Assembly (NCBI GenBank): GCA_964582485.1
Contig: CAZOSI010000002.1
Coordinates: forward strand, 1 to 63,153
Length of the DNA stretch: 63,153 nucleotides
Direction of reading: 5' to 3'
From: an uncultured Novosphingobium sp.
Lineage (GTDB): Bacteria; Pseudomonadota; Alphaproteobacteria; Sphingomonadales; Sphingomonadaceae
The notes under the pieces were generated by a model, which saw only the letters and a list, made by a program, of their open reading frames with translations, did no database searches and was not told the origin of the DNA. Position numbers and translations under genes: made by a program. Positions 1 to 9,940 of the stretch are shown piece after piece; positions within the stretch are counted from its first letter, which is position 1, and the number at the start of each line of letters is the position of its first letter.

Positions 1-676
1 TTTCGGCGTTGATCCGGAAATAGGTGCTGAGCTCCATCGGGCAGCGCACGCCTTCGGGAATGTAGACGAAGGTGCCATCCGAAAAGACCGCGCAGTTGAG
101 CGCGGCGAAGAAGTTGTCGTGCATCGGCACGACCTTACCGAGCCACTTCTTGACCATGTCCGGATATTCGCGGATCGCCTCGGAGATCGAGAGGAAGATC
201 ACCCCGGCCTTCTTCAGCTCCTCGCGGAAGGTGGTGGCGACGCTGACCGAATCGAACACCGCATCGACCGCAACCTTGCGCGCGCCTTCGACCCCGGCGA
301 GCACCTTCTGCTCTTCCAGCGGAATGCCAAGCTTCTTGTAAACCTCGAGAATTTCGGGATCGACCTCGTCAAGGCTCGCCAGCTTGGGCTTGGCCCGCGG
401 CGCGGCGTAATAATAGGCGTCCTGGTAGTCGATCGGCGGGATGTTTAGCTTGGCCCAATCCGGCGTGGGCATGGTCTGCCAGTGGCGGAACGCCTTCAGC
501 CGCCAGTCGAGCATCCATTCGGGCTCGTTCTTCTTGGCCGAGATGAACCGCACGGTCGATTCGTCGAGGCCCTTGGGGGCGAAATCGGTCTCGATCTCGG
601 CCGACCAGCCGTGCTCATAATCCGCGACCTTTGCGGCTGCTTCGCGCGCGGCCTGATCTTTTACCGCCTCGCTCAC
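1..676 (-). CDS. sufB: Fe-S cluster assembly protein SufB (5' part; runs off the window start)
   Basis: Manual minus-strand translation from GTG at 676: [63 protein letters not shown]..., a typical SufB N-terminus. GTGA overlap with the Rrf2 stop. Confidence 0.93.
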   Translation of the reverse strand, partial: MSEAVKDQAAREAAAKVADYEHGWSAEIETDFAPKGLDESTVRFISAKKNEPEWMLDWRLKAFRHWQTMPTPDWAKLNIPPIDYQDAYYYAAPRAKPKLASLDEVDPEILEVYKKLGIPLEEQKVLAGVEGARKVAVDAVFDSVSVATTFREELKKAGVIFLSISEAIREYPDMVKKWLGKVVPMHDNFFAALNCAVFSDGTFVYIPEGVRCPMELSTYFRINAE

Positions 677-1083
677 TGTGCCGTTCCCGTCAGCTGGGTT
701 AGCGAAACATCGGCCAGCGCGCCGCGCATCGCGGCATTGACCACTGGCCAGTGCGGCTTGACCGAACAGGCCAGTTCCATCCCGCAATCGTGGCGCCCGT
801 GTTCGACACAGGCGGTCAGCGCGATCGGGCCTTCGACCGCTTCGATAATATCGGCCAAAGTAATCGCCGCGGCCGGACGCGCCAATTTGAGCCCGCCATG
901 CGCGCCGCGGGTCGAGCGCAGCAGCCCCGCTGCGGTCAGGCGGCTGACCAGCTTTTGTACGGTCGGTGCGGGAAGCCCGGTCTCTTCAGCCAGCTGGGTC
1001 GCAGAGACCCGCGCGCCGCCGCAGTGTTTGGCGGCGGCGGTCATGGTCACAACGGCATAGTCGGCCATGCTGGACAAGCGCAT
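673..1083 (-). CDS. Rrf2-family SUF system Fe-S cluster assembly regulator
   Basis: [10 protein letters not shown]...[14 protein letters not shown]...[12 protein letters not shown], with Cys residues ([12 protein letters not shown]); directly upstream of sufB. Confidence 0.9.
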   Translation of the reverse strand: MRLSSMADYAVVTMTAAAKHCGGARVSATQLAEETGLPAPTVQKLVSRLTAAGLLRSTRGAHGGLKLARPAAAITLADIIEAVEGPIALTACVEHGRHDCGMELACSVKPHWPVVNAAMRGALADVSLTQLTGTAQ

Positions 1084-1100
1084 GGGCAGGGCTCCCGGTT

Positions 1101-1125
1101 AAATCGGAGTGATTCGTTCCGGTTT
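1101..1125. promoter_or_regulatory. Imperfect palindrome, probable Rrf2 autoregulatory operator
   Basis: AAATCGGA-N9-TCCGGTTT, 18 bp upstream of the rrf2 start; function inferred. Confidence 0.5.
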
Positions 1126-1170
1126 CCTCTAGGCTGATCGGTCAAGCCTTGCAACGTCTGTGAACGGCAC

Positions 1171-1210
1171 AAAAAAGAAGCGACTCCCTGGTCAAACCGG
1201 GGAGCCGCTT
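1171..1210 (-). terminator. Rho-independent terminator
   Basis: Minus strand AAGCGGCTCCCCGG-TTTGA-CCAGGGAGTCGCTT-CTTTTTT. Confidence 0.75.
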
Positions 1211-1297
1211 TTGAAGTTAGGATCTCGGTGCAGAATGCCACGAGTCCTTCGGGTCGCAGGAGTTGCATACGTATACCTGCGGTGATGTGCTTGTATG
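1171..1297 (-). ncRNA. Candidate small RNA or leader RNA ending in an intrinsic terminator
   Basis: Three consecutive hairpins on the minus strand (1255-1281, 1224-1244, 1178-1210) followed by a U-tract, in the rrf2/pyrD intergenic region. The 5' end is uncertain. Confidence 0.45.
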
Positions 1298-1431
1298 GAA
1301 TCGACAATTTCGGGCGAAAAGTTGGATGTTTCGGACATAATCGGCGGAAATCCGCCTTTTTTGTCCGCTCGAATCCGATTCGGCTTGCCGTGGAATCGAC
1401 AGACCATGCCGCCACTGCCATAGGCGCGGCC

Positions 1432-2463
1432 ATGGTCTATTCGCTGCTTCGCCCCGCGCTGTTCCTGCTCGATCCCGAATCCGCCCACGGTGCCTCACTG
1501 GCCGCGCTGAAGGCCCTGCCGCTGACCGGGACAAGGCGTACCGATGGTCCCTTGGCAACCGAAGTCGCCGGACTGCGCTTGCCCAATCCACTCGGCATGG
1601 CCGCCGGGTTCGATAAAGACGGCGAAGTTCCCGACGCGCTGCTTGGGCTGGGGTTCGGATTTGCCGAAGTCGGTTCGATCACGCCGCTGCCTCAGGCCGG
1701 CAACCCCAGGCCGCGGCTGTTCCGTCTGGTAGAGGACCGCGCGGTGATAAACCGGATGGGCTTTAACAACGGCGGCGCCGAGGCTGCAGTCGGGCGGCTG
1801 GCGCGGCGCCATGGGCGTCCGGGGATCGTCGGGATCAACATCGGCGCCAACAAGGATTCGACTGACCGGATCGCCGACTATGCCACCATGGCCCGGCTGA
1901 TGGCCCCGCTGGCCAGCTATCTGGCGGTCAATGTTTCAAGCCCCAACACCCCTGGCCTGCGTGCGCTGCAGGATGAAGGCGCGCTGACCGCGCTGCTCGA
2001 CGCGGTGATCGAAGCCCGGGGAGCGACGAAGGTTCCGGTATTCCTGAAGGTAGCGCCGGATCTGGAGTTGGCTGATGTGGAGGCAATTGCCCGGATTGCG
2101 ATCGACAAGCAACTTGGCGCGCTGATCGTTTCCAACACCACAATTTCACGCCCGCCGCTGCGCTCGGCTCAGGCCGGCGAGGCGGGTGGCCTGTCTGGCG
2201 CACCGCTGAAACCGCTTGCGCTGCAGCGCATCCGCGATTTCCGCAAGGCGACCGGCGGCGCGGTGCCGCTGATCGGGGTCGGCGGGATTGCCAGTGCCGA
2301 GGATGCCTGGGAGCGAATCCGCGCCGGGGCCAGCCTGGTCCAGCTGTACAGCGCGATGGCCTATGCCGGCCCGGGGATCGCGCGGAAGATCGTGCGCGGA
2401 CTGGAACGGCTGATGCAGCGCGACGGCGTCGCCACCATTGCCGAGGCGGTCGGAAGCGAATAG
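1432..2463 (+). CDS. pyrD: Quinone-dependent dihydroorotate dehydrogenase
   Basis: AAGFDK, GNPRPRLFRL, INRMGFNN, NVSSPNTPGLR, SNTT and GGLSG motifs. Start moved to ATG 1432 (MVYSLL). Confidence 0.96.
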   Translation: MVYSLLRPALFLLDPESAHGASLAALKALPLTGTRRTDGPLATEVAGLRLPNPLGMAAGFDKDGEVPDALLGLGFGFAEVGSITPLPQAGNPRPRLFRLVEDRAVINRMGFNNGGAEAAVGRLARRHGRPGIVGINIGANKDSTDRIADYATMARLMAPLASYLAVNVSSPNTPGLRALQDEGALTALLDAVIEARGATKVPVFLKVAPDLELADVEAIARIAIDKQLGALIVSNTTISRPPLRSAQAGEAGGLSGAPLKPLALQRIRDFRKATGGAVPLIGVGGIASAEDAWERIRAGASLVQLYSAMAYAGPGIARKIVRGLERLMQRDGVATIAEAVGSE

Positions 2464-2473
2464 CGTGGGCGCC

Positions 2474-4192
2474 ATGAACCTGCGCACGCTATTCCCGATC
2501 GCTGCCGCGCTGGCCCTGTCCAGCTGCGCCACCACCCCATCATCCATCAAGCCGCCAGTTGCCTCGCTCTATGAAAAAGGCATGGTCAGCGCCGCCGATC
2601 CCCGCGCGGCCGAAGCTGGGGCGCAGATGTTGCGGCAGGGCGGCAGCGCCACTGACGCCGCGATCGCAACCATGATTGCGCTGACCGTGGTCGAGCCGCA
2701 AAGCAGTGGGATCGGCGGGGGCGGGCTTTACGTCACCACCAATGCCCGCGGCATGGTTGAGACAATTGACGGGCGTGAAAAGGCTCCGGCCGCAGCCCAC
2801 CCGAAATGGTTCTTCAAGGACGGCAGGCTGCTGAAGTTCCAGGAAGCGGTTCCCGGAGGGACCGGTGTCGGCGTGCCAGGCAACATCGCGCTTGCCGCCC
2901 GGGCCCATTCGGCCCACGGGCGCCTGCCCTGGGCCACGCTGTTCGCCCCGGCGATCAAGCTGTCACGCGACGGCTTCGTGATCACCCCCCGGCTTCACGG
3001 GATGCTTAAGAACAATGCGCGGATCGCCGGCTTTTCCGCCGAAGGGCGCGCGATGTTCTTTGGCACCGATGGCCAGCCGCTCCCGGTCGGGACACTGGTC
3101 AGGAACCCCGCACTGGCCGATTCGCTTGAGGCTTTTGCCGCGCAGGGTGCCAAGGCATTCTATTCTGGCGCCAACGCCCGTGAAATCGTCACCAAAGTCA
3201 CCCTCGCCCCGGTCAATCCCGCCCCGATGACCGAGGCCGATCTGGCCGCCTATACCGCCAAGGACCGGGCGCCGGTCTGCGGGACCTATCGCGGCTACCG
3301 GATCTGTTCGATGGGTCCGCCAAGCTCAGGCGCGACTACGCTGATCGCCACGCTGATCCAGCTTGAACGGTTCGATCTGAAAGCGCTGGGCAAGGACAAT
3401 CCGGTCGCCTGGCACCTGATCGCGGAAAGCCAGCGTCTCGCCTATGCCGACCGCGCACGTTATTCCGCCGATGCCGATTTCGTCCCGGTGCCGGTCGCCG
3501 GCATGATTGATCGCAAGTATCTGGCCGCGCGTTCGGCGCTGATCGATCCGGGCAAGTCGATCCCCAAGGCCGTGGCAGGAACCCCGCCGGGCGCGGAGAA
3601 GCTGACCTTCGCAGCATCCGAGCAGCTGGCCGAATACGGCACTTCGCATTTCTCGGTGGTAGATCGGGCTGGCAATGCGGTGTCCTATACCTCGACGATC
3701 GAAAGCCAGTTTGGATCGGGGATCGTGGCTGGTGGCTATTACCTCAACAACGAGCTGACCGACTTCGACATGAACCCGGAACTCGACGGCCGTCAGGTCG
3801 CCAACCGGGTCGAAGGCGGCAAGCGCCCCCGCAGTTCGATGACCCCGACTCTGGTGTTCGGACCCGATGGGCGGCTCAAGCTGGTGATCGGCGCAGCCGG
3901 CGGGGTGACGATCCCGGCCCAGGTCATCCGCGGGGTGATCGGAGTGATCGATTGGGACCTGCCGGTGCAGGATGCGTTGGCCCTGCCGGTGATCTTCGCG
4001 CCGGGCACCGAAATCGTCTTTGTCGAGCAAGGCACCGCGCTGGAGGGCATGATCCCTGCGCTCAAGGCGCTGGGCCACGCAGAGGTCCAGCCGCGCGCGC
4101 TGCCGCTGAAAGCCAACGCGATCGAACTGCGCGGCAGTCAGGCCTGGGGCGGAGCCGATCCGCGCAGCGAAGGCAAGGCGGTTTCGGAATAG
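2474..4192 (+). CDS. ggt: Gamma-glutamyltransferase (lipoprotein signal)
   Basis: Lipobox LSSC, VEPQSSGIGGG, IDGRE, nucleophile T in GTSHFSVVD, LNNELTDF, KRPRSSMTP. Confidence 0.93.
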   Translation: MNLRTLFPIAAALALSSCATTPSSIKPPVASLYEKGMVSAADPRAAEAGAQMLRQGGSATDAAIATMIALTVVEPQSSGIGGGGLYVTTNARGMVETIDGREKAPAAAHPKWFFKDGRLLKFQEAVPGGTGVGVPGNIALAARAHSAHGRLPWATLFAPAIKLSRDGFVITPRLHGMLKNNARIAGFSAEGRAMFFGTDGQPLPVGTLVRNPALADSLEAFAAQGAKAFYSGANAREIVTKVTLAPVNPAPMTEADLAAYTAKDRAPVCGTYRGYRICSMGPPSSGATTLIATLIQLERFDLKALGKDNPVAWHLIAESQRLAYADRARYSADADFVPVPVAGMIDRKYLAARSALIDPGKSIPKAVAGTPPGAEKLTFAASEQLAEYGTSHFSVVDRAGNAVSYTSTIESQFGSGIVAGGYYLNNELTDFDMNPELDGRQVANRVEGGKRPRSSMTPTLVFGPDGRLKLVIGAAGGVTIPAQVIRGVIGVIDWDLPVQDALALPVIFAPGTEIVFVEQGTALEGMIPALKALGHAEVQPRALPLKANAIELRGSQAWGGADPRSEGKAVSE

Positions 4193-4284
4193 TCATCGCG
4201 GCCATCGGATGCTGACCATCTTGCCGCTCGGGCAAACCCCGCCTATCGAAACAGCAGGGACAAGGATGTACTGCGAAAGGGGCG

Positions 4285-6099
4285 GTGCGCGTGGTTGATA
4301 TTTCGGACCTGCCGAATACCGGCAATCTGGTCGAACTGCTGCTCAAACGGGCCGACGCCAAGGGCGAGGCACCGTTCCTGTGGGCCAAGCACGGCGGCAA
4401 ATGGCAGGCGATCAGCTGGGCCGAGGCGGCGCGGCAGGTCTGCTGTCTGGCGGAATCGCTACGCGCCATGGGCCTGAAAGACGGCGACCGGGTGATGCTG
4501 GTTTCCGAAAACCGTCCCGAATGGTGCATCGCCGATTTTGGAATTATGGCCGCGGGCTGCATCACCGTTCCAGCCTATGTCACCAACACCGAACGCGATC
4601 ACCAGCACATCCTGGAGGATTCGGGCGCAAGCGCGGTGATTGTGGCCAATGACAAGCTGTCAAAGCCGCTGATCGGGGCGCTGCTGCGCACAGGTCACGC
4701 CAGACACGTGATCGGGATTGAACCGCTCAAGATCGCGCAGGCCAGCAATTTCGAATATCATGACTGGCAGAAACTGATCGCCGGCGAGGGCGTGCCGGCC
4801 CGGGCAGCGGTCAATGCGCGGATCGCCAGGATCGGGCGCCAGGATACTGCCTGCCTGATCTATACCAGCGGCACCGGCGGAGCGCCGCGCGGGGTGATGC
4901 AGCACCATGGCGCGATCCTGATGAACGCCGATGGCGCGGCCCGGGTTCTGGCCGAGGATTTCGGGCTCGACGATGACGACGCCTTCCTCTCGTTCCTGCC
5001 GCTGAGCCATGCCTATGAGCATACTGGCGGGCAGATGCTGCCGGTCTCGGTCGGCGCACAGATCTATTATGCCGAGGGGCTGGAAAAGCTGGCCAGCAAT
5101 ATCGAGGAAACCCGTCCGACAATCATGGTGGTGGTACCGCGGCTGTTCGAAGTGCTGCGCGCGCGGATCATGAAACAGGTCGAAAAGCAGGGCAAGGTCG
5201 CCAATTACCTGATGGACCGGGCGATGCGGATTGGGACCCAAAAGGCCTCAGGGCGCGGGCGGCTGCGCGACAAGCCGATGGACTTTATTCTGGAAAAGAC
5301 ACTGCGCCCGAAGATCCGCGGACGCTTTGGCGGGCGGATGAAGGCAATGGTCTCGGGCGGCGCACCGCTGAGCCCCGAAGTCGGCGTGTTCTTCGAATCG
5401 ATGGGGCTGACCATGCTCCAGGGCTATGGCCAGACCGAGGCTGGACCGGTGATCAGCTGCAACCGCCCCAAGGCCGGGCTAAAAATGGACACCGTTGGCC
5501 CGCCGCTCCACGGGGTCGAGGTCAAGATCGCCGAGGACGGCGAGATCCTGGTTCGCGGCGAATTGGTGATGCACGGCTATTGGCGCAACAAGGGTGAAAC
5601 CGACAAGGCGCTGCAAAACGGCTGGCTCCATACCGGCGATATCGGCCATCTCGACGAAGCCGGGCGGCTGATGATCACCGACCGCAAGAAGGACATGATC
5701 GTCAACGACAAGGGCGACAACATTTCGCCCGCGCGGGTTGAGGGGCTGCTGACCCTGCAGCCCGAGATCGCCCAGGCGATGGTGGTCGGCGACCGCCGGC
5801 CCTATGTGGTGGGGCTGGTCGTGCCGGATCCCGAATGGGCGATCGAATGGGCCCAGGCCAACGGCGAGAAGTTCGACATGAAGGCGCTGCAAGGCCTGCC
5901 TGCCTTCCGCTCGGCGGTGCGCGCCGCGCTCGACCGGGTCAACCAGGACCTTTCGGTGATCGAAAAAGTCCGCCAGTTCACCTTTGCCGACGAACCGTTC
6001 ACGATCGACAACGAAGAACTGACTCCCAAGCAGTCGATCCGTCGCCATAAGCTCAAGGCGCGCTACGGCGAGCGGCTAGACGCGCTCTACAGGGGATGA
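4285..6099 (+). CDS. Long-chain fatty acid-CoA ligase (AMP-dependent synthetase)
   Basis: YTSGTGGAPRG, FLPLSH, QGYGQTE and WLHTGDIG adenylate-forming motifs. Confidence 0.9.
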   Translation: MRVVDISDLPNTGNLVELLLKRADAKGEAPFLWAKHGGKWQAISWAEAARQVCCLAESLRAMGLKDGDRVMLVSENRPEWCIADFGIMAAGCITVPAYVTNTERDHQHILEDSGASAVIVANDKLSKPLIGALLRTGHARHVIGIEPLKIAQASNFEYHDWQKLIAGEGVPARAAVNARIARIGRQDTACLIYTSGTGGAPRGVMQHHGAILMNADGAARVLAEDFGLDDDDAFLSFLPLSHAYEHTGGQMLPVSVGAQIYYAEGLEKLASNIEETRPTIMVVVPRLFEVLRARIMKQVEKQGKVANYLMDRAMRIGTQKASGRGRLRDKPMDFILEKTLRPKIRGRFGGRMKAMVSGGAPLSPEVGVFFESMGLTMLQGYGQTEAGPVISCNRPKAGLKMDTVGPPLHGVEVKIAEDGEILVRGELVMHGYWRNKGETDKALQNGWLHTGDIGHLDEAGRLMITDRKKDMIVNDKGDNISPARVEGLLTLQPEIAQAMVVGDRRPYVVGLVVPDPEWAIEWAQANGEKFDMKALQGLPAFRSAVRAALDRVNQDLSVIEKVRQFTFADEPFTIDNEELTPKQSIRRHKLKARYGERLDALYRG

Positions 6100-7280
6100 G
6101 CAACGCGGAAGGGCAGGCGAGGATGCTGCAAGGTATCACGGTCGTCGATCTGACCACCGTGGTGTTCGGGCCCTATTGCACCCAGCTCCTCGCCGATCTT
6201 GGTGCGGAGGTGATCAAGGTCGAAACGCCGGGAATCGGCGATCCCTTCCGCTGGTCGGCCCCAGCCCCGGCCAGTCCCAACATGGCCCCGGGCTTCATGG
6301 CGCTCAACCGCGGCAAGCAGTCGATCGCGCTCGATCTCAAGAGCGATACCGATCAGGCAGTTATGCAGGCCCTGCTTGCCAAGGCCGATGTCTTTGTCGT
6401 CAATGTGCGCGGCAAGGCGCTAGAACGGCTGGGGCTCGACTACGAAGCGGTCCGGGCGCTCAACCCCGATATCGTCTATGTCCACTGCGTCGGATTCGGG
6501 CAGGATGGTCCCTATGCCGATCTCCAGGCCTATGACGATGTGATCCAGGCTGGGACTGGAACCGCCACGCTGCTGCCGCGCGTCGATGGCGACCAGCGCC
6601 CGCGTTATCTCCCCTCGCTGATCGCCGACAAGGTAGCCGGGCTGCATGCCGTCTATGGCGCACTGGCGGCGATCGTCCACCACCAGCGGACCGGCGAGGG
6701 GCAGCTGGTCGAGGTGCCGATGTTCGAGGCCTTCGCCAGCTTCATGCTGCTGGAGCACCTTGGCGGACAGACCTTTGACCCCCCTGTCGGCCCGGTTGGC
6801 TATGCCCGCCAGATCGATCCACTGCGCCAGCCGTTCCCGACCGTAAACGGTTATATCAGCATCGTGATCTACACGCACGATGCCTGGGACCGTGCCTTTG
6901 CCCTGCTCGGCGATCCGGAGTTCATCGCTCAGGAACGCTTCAACCAGCCTGGCGGGCGCGGGCGGCACCAGGGTGAGCTTTACGAACGGCTCGCCGCGCT
7001 GACGCCGAATTTCACGACAGAGGAATTGCTCGCGAAATGCCACGCCGCGCAGCTTCCGGCCCAGCCGGTGCGCGATCTGGGCGAAGTGATCGACGATCCG
7101 CATCTGAACGCGGTTGGCTTCTTCCGCCGCCGCCAGCATCCCAGCGAAGGGACCTATGTCGAACAGACCCAGCCGGTCCGGTTCGGAGCCCATGATTGCG
7201 GAGAGCAGATGCCGCCGCCCAACCTCGACGCCGATGGCGCGGCGATCCGGGCGCGGGTGTCAGGAGTCGAAGACAGCTGA
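6096..7280 (+). CDS. CaiB/BaiF family III CoA-transferase
   Basis: VVDLTTVVFGPYC..LADLGAEVIKVE, LNRGKQSIALDLK, GFGQDGPY; ATGA overlap with the ligase gene. Confidence 0.9.
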   Translation: MSNAEGQARMLQGITVVDLTTVVFGPYCTQLLADLGAEVIKVETPGIGDPFRWSAPAPASPNMAPGFMALNRGKQSIALDLKSDTDQAVMQALLAKADVFVVNVRGKALERLGLDYEAVRALNPDIVYVHCVGFGQDGPYADLQAYDDVIQAGTGTATLLPRVDGDQRPRYLPSLIADKVAGLHAVYGALAAIVHHQRTGEGQLVEVPMFEAFASFMLLEHLGGQTFDPPVGPVGYARQIDPLRQPFPTVNGYISIVIYTHDAWDRAFALLGDPEFIAQERFNQPGGRGRHQGELYERLAALTPNFTTEELLAKCHAAQLPAQPVRDLGEVIDDPHLNAVGFFRRRQHPSEGTYVEQTQPVRFGAHDCGEQMPPPNLDADGAAIRARVSGVEDS

Positions 7281-7289
7281 ACGGGCGCA

Positions 7290-8810
7290 CTAGCGCCGAC
7301 TGATCCAGCGCCGCAACCGGGCGAGCAGACCCTTCGGTTCTGCTTCGACTGGGGCCGCGTCGGGCTGCTCCGCATCCGCCGCGATGTCTTCGAGCCAACC
7401 GATCCCGAGTGGCCAGGCCGGGGCATCAATTGGCGGCGCGAAGCCGCTTGGTGCCGGTTCTGCCGTAGCTTCGAGCGGCGTTTCAGCGGGCGGTTCCGGT
7501 GCAGGCTCAGGCGCGATAAGCTTCTCAAGGCGCTCCGCCACCGTTTCATCCAGCAGCGAGAATCCGGGTTCGGACGGCGGGGTGCGAGGGAGGCGCGGGA
7601 TGCGCGGGAACGAAGCCCCGGACAATGATGCCATCCTTTCGAGCAAGGACTGCGGCGGCATGTCTTGCTCGTTGGGCGACGGTTCTGCCAGGCCCCGCGG
7701 CAATTCCGGTTCCGCAGCAGGCGTTTCGCCCAGATCCTGCGGCGGCTGGTGTGTGGGATCGGCGGGCGCCTCGCGGGGCGTCAGCATATCGCGGAAATCC
7801 CACGCCTTGTGCGGATCCTTCTTCGCCAGCAGGGGGCCGTCGGCGCGCGGGATCATTGCGCCTTCTTCCGGCACCTGCGGTTCCGCGCCGGACAGCAGGG
7901 CGGATTGCTCGGTCGGAGCGCCCTCGCCGCGGTGCACCAGGTTGCGCAGGTCAGCGGTGCGCAGCGCCTTGTCCGCATCGCTTTCCTCCAGCACCAGCAC
8001 CGCACGTTTGCGTGCCCGCGGGATGCCGGTAACCAGCAGGCTGCTGTAGCGCGGCCCGGGAACCTGGCTCAGCGCCAGTTCGTCCTCATCGTCGGCGCTC
8101 AGCAGTTCGGCCGGCATGCCGGCTACCGGCGCATCGAAATAGGGATAGACCCCGTTGCTGCCGGCCAGAACGCAGAGCGGCCGGGGCAGCCCGGCGCGTT
8201 CGATCTGCGCCGCCACCGCCTGGAACAACAGCGCCGAAAGCAGGCAGGCCCCCAGTGAACCGGCGCGGATTCCCTCTTCGTCAGGATCTTCACTGGCCAG
8301 CAGTCGCGCCTCGAGCAAGGCCAGTGCGCCGTGCAGATCGTCGATACCGTCAAGTCGCAGGCAAGTCTCGGTTGCAACGCTGTCATCCGCCCAGGTACAG
8401 CCGTGATAGGAATAGCCGTCGAGCAGGTCCTCGCGCGCGCTGCGTGAAAAGGGAAAGGCTTCATCACTGAAGAACGCTGTTTCGATCAGCGGACTGAGCC
8501 GCCCTTCGGCATCGGGGGCCGGAACTTCCTCACCCGGCCAGCCAAATGCGATCGACAGTGCGGTAATCGGCCATCCTTCGCGATCATGCCGGGCCACTGC
8601 CTCGGCCAAGCGGTCCCAGCCGTTCAGGATCAATTCGCCGGAATGGACGGTCAGGAACCGTTCGGGAAGGATTTTTCCTGGTCCGGAATGCGGACCCAGC
8701 AGCGCGCGCAGCCGCTCAACCGCATCGCGGTCTAGACCTTGCCTGAGCCGCCTCTCGATCGAGCGGCGAAAGGCCTCTTCGTTCTCTCCATCGAGGACAA
8801 TGGTGGACAC
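7290..8810 (-). CDS. Hypothetical protein: globular N-terminal half, Pro/Glu-rich disordered C-terminal half
   Basis: 506-aa ORF filling the space between neighbours; no family recognised. Confidence 0.7.
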   Translation of the reverse strand: MSTIVLDGENEEAFRRSIERRLRQGLDRDAVERLRALLGPHSGPGKILPERFLTVHSGELILNGWDRLAEAVARHDREGWPITALSIAFGWPGEEVPAPDAEGRLSPLIETAFFSDEAFPFSRSAREDLLDGYSYHGCTWADDSVATETCLRLDGIDDLHGALALLEARLLASEDPDEEGIRAGSLGACLLSALLFQAVAAQIERAGLPRPLCVLAGSNGVYPYFDAPVAGMPAELLSADDEDELALSQVPGPRYSSLLVTGIPRARKRAVLVLEESDADKALRTADLRNLVHRGEGAPTEQSALLSGAEPQVPEEGAMIPRADGPLLAKKDPHKAWDFRDMLTPREAPADPTHQPPQDLGETPAAEPELPRGLAEPSPNEQDMPPQSLLERMASLSGASFPRIPRLPRTPPSEPGFSLLDETVAERLEKLIAPEPAPEPPAETPLEATAEPAPSGFAPPIDAPAWPLGIGWLEDIAADAEQPDAAPVEAEPKGLLARLRRWISRR

Positions 8811-8913
8811 AAGGGCTCCCCCGGCGGCGTTGCCTGGACAGGGAATATGCTGGCAATGGTTGATTTGGGGTTACGATTCGCCAGTCAATCGGCGCGATTT
8901 TGCCCCGGACATG

Positions 8914-8959
8914 AAAAGGACCGGGCCAGCAGTGGTCCACACCCGCCGGCCCAGCCCTT
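8914..8959 (-). terminator. Intrinsic terminator after the small lipoprotein gene
   Basis: Minus strand AAGGGCTGGGCCGGCGG...CTGCTGGCCCGGTCCTTTT. Confidence 0.6.
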
Positions 8960-8979
8960 AATCGCAAACGCGTTAGCGC

Positions 8980-9174
8980 TTACTTTGCTTCTTCGCTCGA
9001 AGCAGCAGCAGCGTCGGTCGAAGCGGCTTCAGCGCCTTCCGAAGCAGCAGCCGAAGCGTCGGTTGCGGCAGCGGTTTCTTCGGTGGTGACAGCAGTTTCT
9101 TCCTTCTTTTCACCGCAAGCGGCGACGGCGAGCGAGCCAGCCGCGATGGCGGCGAACAGAGCAATCTTCTTCAT
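8980..9174 (-). CDS. Small Ala/Glu/Thr-rich lipoprotein
   Basis: MKKIALFAAIAAGSLAVAAC lipobox, low-complexity acidic body, AAGGGG RBS, downstream terminator. Confidence 0.8.
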   Translation of the reverse strand: MKKIALFAAIAAGSLAVAACGEKKEETAVTTEETAAATDASAAASEGAEAASTDAAAASSEEAK

Positions 9175-9285
9175 GTGGGAATCCCCTTGTGTTAACCCTT
9201 GCCCGCCGGAGGCGAGCGGGCGGGGTTTGCCCGCTTATTCCACGCTTGTCGATTCTGAAATTTACCTGAATGCGTATTCCTGGCT

Positions 9286-9813
9286 TCAGGCCGCCTCTTT
9301 TTCGATCCATTCGGGATAGAACGAAGGTGCCCTGGCCGACCAGCCCGGGGCCGTGGCGGCTGCCTCGCTGATCGATTGCAGCAAATTCTTGCGTCGTTCA
9401 GGCCGGATTTGTGGCAGGGCGCTGGCCGCGCAGAAGGCGCTGGGCAGGAACGGGCGGGTATCGGGGCCGAGCAGCCGCTCGTAAAGGAAGCGAAATGCCG
9501 AGAAGCAGGTCAGCCGTTCCTGGGCCAGATCGAAAGCGGCGATCCGGATCAGCTTGCCCATGAACTGTTCAAGCGCTTCGAACCCGGTTTCGGCCGGGAC
9601 CTTGCCGCGCAGGCTCTTGAGCTCCTGATAGACGACGTACTGGCTGCGGATCGAGGCTGTTTCCGCAGCGTCGCGGGCCCACAGCTTGAAAGCGTCCTGC
9701 CGGCCCAGCCCGACATCTAGGCTGCGCTTGATATAGCGCTGCTCGCAGGCGGTGAAGCTGGCGAACTCGCGCAGTTCGGCGATGGTCAGCGATGCGGTGC
9801 CGGTATTGGCCAT
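9286..9813 (-). CDS. Hypothetical protein
   Basis: Protein-like ORF (MANTGT...YPEWIEKEAA); AGGGG RBS before ATG 9813. Confidence 0.75.
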   Translation of the reverse strand: MANTGTASLTIAELREFASFTACEQRYIKRSLDVGLGRQDAFKLWARDAAETASIRSQYVVYQELKSLRGKVPAETGFEALEQFMGKLIRIAAFDLAQERLTCFSAFRFLYERLLGPDTRPFLPSAFCAASALPQIRPERRKNLLQSISEAAATAPGWSARAPSFYPEWIEKEAA

Positions 9814-9856
9814 GTTCTTGCCCCTGGTTGATTTCGGGCAGATCACCAGAACTTGG

Positions 9857-9872
9857 TTATCATCCCGTTAAC
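9857..9872. promoter_or_regulatory. CtrA-like box
   Basis: TTAT-CATCCCG-TTAAC versus the TTAA-N7-TTAAC consensus (1 mismatch), upstream of the 9286-9813 gene. Confidence 0.45.
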
Positions 9873-9940
9873 CACGATGGCTTCCGGGCGCTTTCCGTGA
9901 CACTAGGGGTAACCACCCAAACGCCCTGCCGGATCTCGTC

